Assembly: GCF_000012285.1 (NCBI RefSeq)
Contig: NC_007181.1
Span: 870,001-902,000 of the forward strand
DNA length: 32,000 nucleotides
DNA from: Sulfolobus acidocaldarius DSM 639
Lineage (GTDB): Archaea; Thermoproteota; Thermoprotei_A; Sulfolobales; Sulfolobaceae
Direction: 5' to 3'
Shown in pieces: positions 25,850-32,000 of the stretch. Both the position numbers and the translations under genes were made by a program. The stretch's first letter is position 1. Every line of letters starts with the position of its first letter. Under the pieces are notes generated by a model. It ran no database searches. It was not told where the DNA came from and worked only from the letters and a program-made list of their open reading frames with translations.

Positions 25850-27451
25850 CTAAGGCTTAAATAGGGCGGGCGCAAAGATAGCAAACAAGACTCCTACCAA
25901 TATCAGATAGAACAGTATACCAAACGCCCATGGTAGGTTAGCCCTTATTACGGTTCCCTCATTTCTCACATACTTTGTTGTAGACACGCCTGCACTTGCT
26001 GTCTGTGGCGCAACAGGTTTACCTAATTCGGCACCAACAGAGTTTAAAGATACTGTGATTCCTACAGGTACTCCTGCTATATTTGCTGTAGCTGCTTGGA
26101 AGGCGCCAAACAGTGCATTTGAGGAAGTATTGCTTCCTGATAGTGCACAGCCTATCCAACCGAATAGTGGTGATACTATTACAAACAGAAAGCCTAAGTC
26201 TCCTGCCCTCCAGGCTAAGGAATATGCCATACCGCTGAAGTTGAACACATATGCTAAACCTACAACAAACACTCCTGTTAATATCCCACCCCAATACTCC
26301 AACAATGATTTCTTGAGGGCTTGAGCCATTATTTTACCTGGGGTTCGTAATATTCCACATATTATAAGCCATGACGCTAGAATTGAAGTTCCTGCAACGA
26401 AAGGATTAAATGCAAAACTTACGCTCACAGTCTTATGTAACAGCGAAGAGAAGGCAGGCTGGGCTAGAGTGAAAGAGGAAACTTTAGTTAATGGAGACCA
26501 GGGTCCAGTCCAGAGAGTGACTACTATTATTAACGGTATGAAGGCTGACCAAGCTAGAATAATATCCCTCATCTGATACTTTTTACCCTTATCTGACTCT
26601 CCACCATTGGTCTGTGATAGGACAACTAGCCTCTTTGGTTTCCACACTCCTACGAACAACAGTAACACTGCGAAAGATACTAAGGAGCCAGTTATATCTG
26701 GTAAATAAGGTCCAATAAAACTGGCTATTGGGTATTGACCTAGTATATAAGATAAAGAAGCTAGTATTGCCAGAGGCCATGCGTCCCTAATCCCTCTCCA
26801 TTTATCCACTAAGTACAGTAATATCCATGGAGGTAACAGTGCTAAAAATGCTACCACTTTAGCAACAGATGAAGACACAAATAATAATGGAAGTCCTGTA
26901 GTGGAAGCCAAAATAATTATTGGAGTACCTAGGGCTCCGTAAGATACAGGTGCATTATTGGCTAGTGCAGAGACTTGTAAGGCTTTTAGATCTTCAAATC
27001 CCAATGCTATAAGTAATGAAGCTACGAAAGCTCAGGGGTATCCGAAACCCACTAAACCCTCCAGTAATGCTCCAAATGACCATGCCAATATAACAGCCTC
27101 AATTCTCGCGTCTCTCGTAGCATTTCTCACTAACCAATCCTTAAAAACATCAAACTTGCCTGTGAGTACAAGGGTGTTATATATTGTTAACCCCCAGAAC
27201 ACAATCCACGATATGTTCCATGAACCAACTAGGGCACCAATTAGCCAAGCTTTAACAACTTGGTCTGCAGGAGCACCCCAGACGAGGACTCCAACGAGAA
27301 TGGTCACTATAGAGCCTATTAGTGTTGCAATCCATGCTGTCAACCTTAGGCCGGCTAGCAAAACCAGTAATACTATTATTGGTGTTAAGGACGCAAAAAC
27401 CGTTAGAGCTACATTCCCTGTTGGATTTAATGGTTGTGTATATATATATGG
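25850..27451 (-). pseudogene. lctP: L-lactate permease (LctP family) interrupted by an in-frame TGA; no canonical start for the conserved N-terminus
   Basis: ORFs 27032..27361 and 25850..27004 share one frame. Read-through gives ..EGLVGFGYP[TGA 27032-27034]AFVASLLIALGFEDLKALQVSALANNAPVSYGALGTPI.., colinear with LctP/LldP. The frame is open up to TAG 27452-27454 and encodes PYIYTQPLNPTGNVALTVFASLTPIIVLLV without any ATG/GTG/TTG. Confidence 0.65.
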
Positions 27452-27597
27452 CTATTTAAATATATAAAAAATAATTATTTAAATTTATATTTAAATGTAA
27501 GCCAGTTTTAACCAGAATAGTTCTTTAAGCTGCACACTTACATATTTCAAAATTTGAAAATTTTCAGTTTATGTACTAAATCAATTTGAAAATAATG

Positions 27598-27605
27598 TTT
27601 AAATA
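27598..27605 (+). promoter_or_regulatory. TATA-like box for the aldehyde dehydrogenase gene
   Basis: TTTAAATA is centred about 27 nt before ATG 27628. It lies inside the longest-ORF extension, which argues that 27628 is the true start. Confidence 0.45.
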
Positions 27606-27627
27606 TATCATTAAAGTAATTCAATTA

Positions 27628-29109
27628 ATGATAGAAGTTAAGTCAATAATTAATGGAGAAGAAAGAAGGTCTGATGAATATATTTACAGGGAATGCCCTT
27701 ACAACATTGACACGAGTGTAACAAAAATTAATGTAGCTAAGGAGTCTGATGTCGAGGAGGCAATCGATGTAGCAAGGGAATTCTTTGATAAGGATAAAAA
27801 CGGATGGGTCTCAAACTACAAGGCAAGGGATAAAGTACTATTCAGAATAGCTGAAAAAATAAGGGGAGAAATTCAAACCTTATCTAGACTACTTGTAGAA
27901 GAGATAGGAATGCCTATAAGACAAGCTAGAGTACAGGTTAATGCTGCAGCTGACGTATTCGAGTACTATGCAGGTTTTGGAAGTAAGATATACGATACTT
28001 CAAAATTCCTTCCCAGCAAGGATATGGTACAAATCATAAAGGAACCAGTAGGTGTCGTGGGGTTAATAACACCTTGGAACTTTCCATTAACACAGAGTGC
28101 AAGAAAGCTAGCCCCAGCCATTACAGTAGGTTGCACAATAGTCTGGAAACCAGCAACTTACGCAGCAGGTATATCTTACCAGTTGGCGAAAATTATATTG
28201 TCTTCAGGAGTCCCTAAAGGTGCTCTAAACGTTATATTTGATCCAGGGGAAAAGGTGGGTGCACAAATAGTAAAGAGCAAAAAGATAGATAAAATATCTT
28301 TCACCGGTGAGACAAACACCGGTAAGTGGATAATGAGTGAGGCTTCTAAGGACCTAAAGAGGGTTTCATTAGAGCTAGGAGGCAAGGACCCTATTATACT
28401 ATTTAGCGATAGTGATTTGAAAAACGCTATAAAAGGGGCAATCTTTGGGGCTCTAAGGAATGCAGGTCAGGCATGCGGTGCAACCTCTAGACTATTGGTG
28501 GAGGAGAGTATTGCAGAAAAGGTTGAGATGGCAGTGAGCAATGAAATTAAAAAACTCAAGTTAGGTAATCCACTTCAGGAGGACACAGATATTGGTCCAG
28601 TGGTGTCGAAACCCCAAGAGGATAAGGTAATTGACTATATCGAAACTGGGATAAAGGAAGGGTATAAGTTACTTGTTGGAGGAAGGAAAGTTACTGATGG
28701 TGAATTTCAAAGGGGTTACTTTATTGAGCCAACTGTGTTTTCAGATGTGGATAATAAGTCCAAGATAGCCCAGGAGGAAATATTTGGACCTGTCCTTGTA
28801 ATAATTTATTTCAAAGACGAGGAGGAGGCAATATCCTTGGCTAACGACGTTATATACGGGTTAACAGCGTCTGTATGGACCAATGACTACAAGAAGGCAA
28901 TTAGGGTTTCCAGGGAATTAAGGGTAGGTACAGTGTGGATAAATGACGTGTACACACAGCCCTCAGAAGGTTTATGGGGAGGATATAAGCAAAGTGGTAT
29001 TGGCAGGGAATTGGGAATACAAGGTATTGAAGATTTTCTTGAAACTAAAATGTTGTACACGAATTTAAGTGGATCTTATCCTCACTTTAAACAAGTGGTG
29101 AAGGATTAA
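27628..29109 (+). CDS. NAD(P)+-dependent aldehyde dehydrogenase
   Basis: ITPWNFP, FTGETNTGK, catalytic Glu context LELGGKDP, catalytic Cys context GQACGATSR, EEIFGPV. The longest ORF starts at TTG 27586. Confidence 0.85.
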   Translation: MIEVKSIINGEERRSDEYIYRECPYNIDTSVTKINVAKESDVEEAIDVAREFFDKDKNGWVSNYKARDKVLFRIAEKIRGEIQTLSRLLVEEIGMPIRQARVQVNAAADVFEYYAGFGSKIYDTSKFLPSKDMVQIIKEPVGVVGLITPWNFPLTQSARKLAPAITVGCTIVWKPATYAAGISYQLAKIILSSGVPKGALNVIFDPGEKVGAQIVKSKKIDKISFTGETNTGKWIMSEASKDLKRVSLELGGKDPIILFSDSDLKNAIKGAIFGALRNAGQACGATSRLLVEESIAEKVEMAVSNEIKKLKLGNPLQEDTDIGPVVSKPQEDKVIDYIETGIKEGYKLLVGGRKVTDGEFQRGYFIEPTVFSDVDNKSKIAQEEIFGPVLVIIYFKDEEEAISLANDVIYGLTASVWTNDYKKAIRVSRELRVGTVWINDVYTQPSEGLWGGYKQSGIGRELGIQGIEDFLETKMLYTNLSGSYPHFKQVVKD

Positions 29110-29295
29110 ATTTAGACATATCGTAAGTCGCTATAAATGGGCTTTACTAGTTTCGTATAATTTACGTCTATAGTGGTTTTCCACAAAATAGAAAAATAAT
29201 CCTAATCTTCGTACTACAATTATCTATTAATAACCTCATAAATCAGTTAAATAGTTGACTAAAACGTTTTTACTTTCTTTAACCAAATATATATC

Positions 29296-31110
29296 ATGAA
29301 GGTTGATTTAAGCCCTTTAAACGGCATTATTTCTGACAAAGCATTTCAAAAATTAAAAAGTATAAACAACCCTTCCCTAGTCCATTTCTTGAGTAAGACC
29401 ATAGAGCTCACCACCCCAGACAGAGTTTACGTATCATTTGGTGAAGAGAAGGACAGAGAATACGTTAAAAAAAGGGCTTTGGAGACTAAAGAAGAAATCA
29501 AACTCAAAATGGAAGGGCATACAATACATTTTGATCACCCTTTAGATCAAGCAAGGGCTAGAGAGGACACTTTCATTCTCACGGACGAAAAAATCCCGTT
29601 TGTGAACACAAAGCCCAGAGATGAGGGCTTAAGGGAGATGCTATCTCTGTTGAAGGGTTCTATGAAGGGTAGAGAGATGTACGTAGGTTTTTACTCATTG
29701 GGTCCGAGGAACTCAAAATTTTCAATACTAGCAGTGCAAATTACAGATTCTCCGTATGTAATTCACAGTGAGAATATATTGTACAGAAACGCATTTGAGG
29801 ACTTTTATGGTGACAAACCCTTTTTGAAATTCATTCATTCAAAGGGACAATTAGATATCAAGAAAAGGAGAATTATGATAGATGTTAAGGAGAATACCGT
29901 TTACAGCGTTAACACCACATATGCTGGTAATAGCGTAGGTCTGAAAAAACTAGCCTTGAGGTTAACAGTTACGAAAGCTGTGAATGAGGGTTGGCTTTCC
30001 GAACATATGGCTATTGTAGGATTTGAGGGAAACCGTGGCACCCATTACTTCACAGCGTCTTTTCCGTCAGGATCTGGTAAAACATCAACTTCAATGTTAG
30101 GAAGTCTGATCAGTGATGATTTAGCATTTATAAAGGAGATCGACGGTGTGTGTAGAGCAGTAAATCCTGAGATCGGTATTTTTGGAATTATTCAGGGAAT
30201 AAACGAGAGGGATGACCCTGTAATATGGGATGTATTACATAAGCCAGGTGAAGTCATTTTTTCCAACGTGTTGATGACAGATGACGGAGGAGTATATTGG
30301 GAAGGAAGTGAAGTAGAAAAACCCGAAAAGGGATATAACTATGAGGGAGCTTGGACTAAGGAAAGTGGAAAACCAGCTTCCCATCCTAATGCCAGGTTCA
30401 CATCTCCTTTGACATCCTTCAGTAATTTAGACAAAGACTACGATAATCCACAAGGTGTTGTAATTGATGGAATAATTTTTGGAGTCAGAGACTACTCCAC
30501 TTTAGTCCCTGTGACAGAGGCTTTCTCCTGGGAACACGGAGTTATAACTATAGGTGCTTCAATGGAGTCCTCTAGAACTTCAGCAGTAATTGGCAAAGCT
30601 GATGTCTTAGAATTCAACCCTATGGCAATACTTGACTTCATGCCTCTGTCCCTAGGAAAATACTTAAATAACTATCTGACATTTGGCAGAAATCTCAAAT
30701 ACGTCCCCAAAATATTTAGCTTCAATTATTTTCTTAAGGACGAAAACAACAAATTCCTCAATTCCAAGGAAGATAAACGTGTATGGGTTAAATGGGCTGT
30801 TAAAAGAGTAGAGAGTGAGACTGACGCTATATACACACCTGTAGGGTTTATTCCATATTATGAAGATCTAAGCAAACTGTTTAACTCCACTCTGGGCAAG
30901 CAGTACACAAAAGAGGCATACGAACTTCAGTTTACCCTGAAATTAAGTAAGTATCTGGAAAAGACCGAGAGGATAATGAAGATATACTCAGAGATAGCAG
31001 ACACGCCGATAGAGGTTATTAATGAATTGAAAGCACAAAAGGACAGGCTATTAGACTACATAAATAGATATGGCGACAAGGTATCTCCTTTCCAGTTAGT
31101 GAAGAGCTAA
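29296..31110 (+). CDS. pckG: phosphoenolpyruvate carboxykinase (GTP)
   Basis: 604 aa. Kinase-1a P-loop FPSGSGKTS, with [16 protein letters not shown] and [10 protein letters not shown] typical of GTP-PEPCK. Confidence 0.9.
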
Positions 31111-31118
31111 AACTTCTC

Positions 31119-31124
31119 TTTTTT
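31119..31124 (+). terminator. oligo-T tract after pckG
   Basis: CTCTTTTTTC lies 6-15 nt after stop TAA 31108-31110. Confidence 0.35.
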
Positions 31125-31174
31125 CCCACTTAACACTACACTCGTCAAGGTATGTGATTTACATTAGTCTAAAC

Positions 31175-32000
31175 CTATTGTTCAGGATCTTTTTTCCTGC
31201 TTCCACTTATTAGGCTCCGTAACTCTGATGTAAAATCAGTTAATGGCTTCATGTCCACTCCCTCAAATTTCTTAACTATCTCCTTTATTGACTTGTTTAT
31301 GCCGGGGATCACCAGGTCCTCATTCAACTCCATTAGCGGAATTGCTAAAAACTCTCTCTTCTCTATCTCCGGGTCTGGAACAGTTACCCCTTCCTCGTTT
31401 ATCACTTGGTTTCCATACAGTACTAAATCGAGATCAATAGTCCTAGGTAAGAATTTATTCTTTGTCCTTTCTCTCCCTAGTTCACTCTCAATTCTCCTCA
31501 ATATGTTGTATTTCAAATCTTTCGGCGATATGTTAATTCTGCTCTCAACGACGCAGTTAAAGTAGTCAGGTTGATCTGGGGGGATAGGCTTAGTAAGATA
31601 CACTGTGGAAATTTTCTTAATTTTAATCATTTTGTCTAGTAACTCTATTGCTCTTCTAACGTTATCTTCAGGGTTAATGTTAGACCCAATTGATATATAC
31701 ACTTTAGCTAAGTTATCCCTTCTCTTTGCTCTTACTTCGACTGAAACATTTTTCGCTCTGCTCAACGCACCCGGTTTTCCGACCTTTATCACAACTTTCT
31801 TTATTCTATTGTCTTGGAGAACAACCTTACTCAGCCTATAGGCAAGGCTCTCAAGTAAGTTAAAGGAAGAGTTCTCCACATAAGAGATGATCTCCTTCTT
31901 TAAGACTTTATAGTCAACAGTTTCTGGTAGCTGATCACTTTTAGCTCCTTTCCTTAGATCAGCCCAGTAATATACGTCTATAGACACCTCCTGTCTCGTC
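31175..32000 (-). CDS. bifunctional dihydroneopterin aldolase (FolB) / 6-hydroxymethyl-dihydropterin pyrophosphokinase (FolK); 5' end outside the window
   Basis: The C-terminal half is HPPK: VYISIGSNI, YLTKP, DYFNCVV, PRTIDLDLVLYG, PDPEIEKREF. The N-terminal part (SIDVYYWADLRKGAKSDQLPETVDY..FNLLESLA) is the FolB fold starting mid-domain. The frame stays open to position 32000 (..TRQEVSIDVYY), so GTG 31987 is not the true start. Confidence 0.75.
   Translation of the reverse strand, partial: TRQEVSIDVYYWADLRKGAKSDQLPETVDYKVLKKEIISYVENSSFNLLESLAYRLSKVVLQDNRIKKVVIKVGKPGALSRAKNVSVEVRAKRRDNLAKVYISIGSNINPEDNVRRAIELLDKMIKIKKISTVYLTKPIPPDQPDYFNCVVESRINISPKDLKYNILRRIESELGRERTKNKFLPRTIDLDLVLYGNQVINEEGVTVPDPEIEKREFLAIPLMELNEDLVIPGINKSIKEIVKKFEGVDMKPLTDFTSELRSLISGSRKKDPEQ

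Noticed and set aside
27032-27034. Selenocysteine (TGA in lctP) or pyrrolysine (TAG at 13722-13724) recoding.
   Set aside because: Sulfolobales are not known to use Sec or Pyl. No SECIS-like context is seen, the aligned positions in homologs are ordinary residues, and both genes carry a second lesion.

Overview
The window is an AT-rich, gene-dense chromosomal segment that reads like a thermoacidophilic crenarchaeon of the Sulfolobaceae. TATA-like boxes sit about 26-30 nt before start codons (leaderless-type spacing), GTG/TTG starts are frequent, and oligo-T tracts follow genes. From memory the gene content and order resemble Sulfolobus acidocaldarius; I could not verify this. It is mostly ordinary core metabolism. 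CoA-ester genes include two acyl-CoA dehydrogenase-like genes, two MaoC hot-dog hydratases, 3-hydroxyacyl-CoA dehydrogenase, an AMP-forming acyl-CoA synthetase, a family III CoA-transferase and an Fe-ADH. Other calls are a branched Entner-Doudoroff glucose dehydrogenase, cytosine-deaminase-like amidohydrolase, aldehyde dehydrogenase, GTP-PEPCK, a FolB-FolK fusion, UvdE, a DEAD-box helicase, a PF01637-type archaeal ATPase, an ABC ATPase/membrane/wHTH operon and several small membrane proteins. I found no rRNA, tRNA or CRISPR array, and no clearly novel multi-gene system. The non-routine content is gene decay and mobile-element debris. (1) Three same-orientation, diverged remnants of an IS200/IS605-type tnpB 3' end plus right-end module lie within 3.4 kb (19.8-23.2 kb). 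They share a roughly 30-38 nt terminal motif, bracket the helicase gene and include an 84-aa miniaturised tnpB-derived ORF. (2) An L-lactate permease gene is broken by one in-frame TGA and lacks a canonical start. (3) A metal-transporter-like membrane gene is broken by a TAG plus a frameshift. (4) A 635-bp non-coding stretch carries a tandem 13-nt repeat with GGTACC palindromes. (5) An orphan ferredoxin-like gene has all four cysteines of its second cluster motif replaced. All functional calls rest on motif recognition by eye, with no database search.
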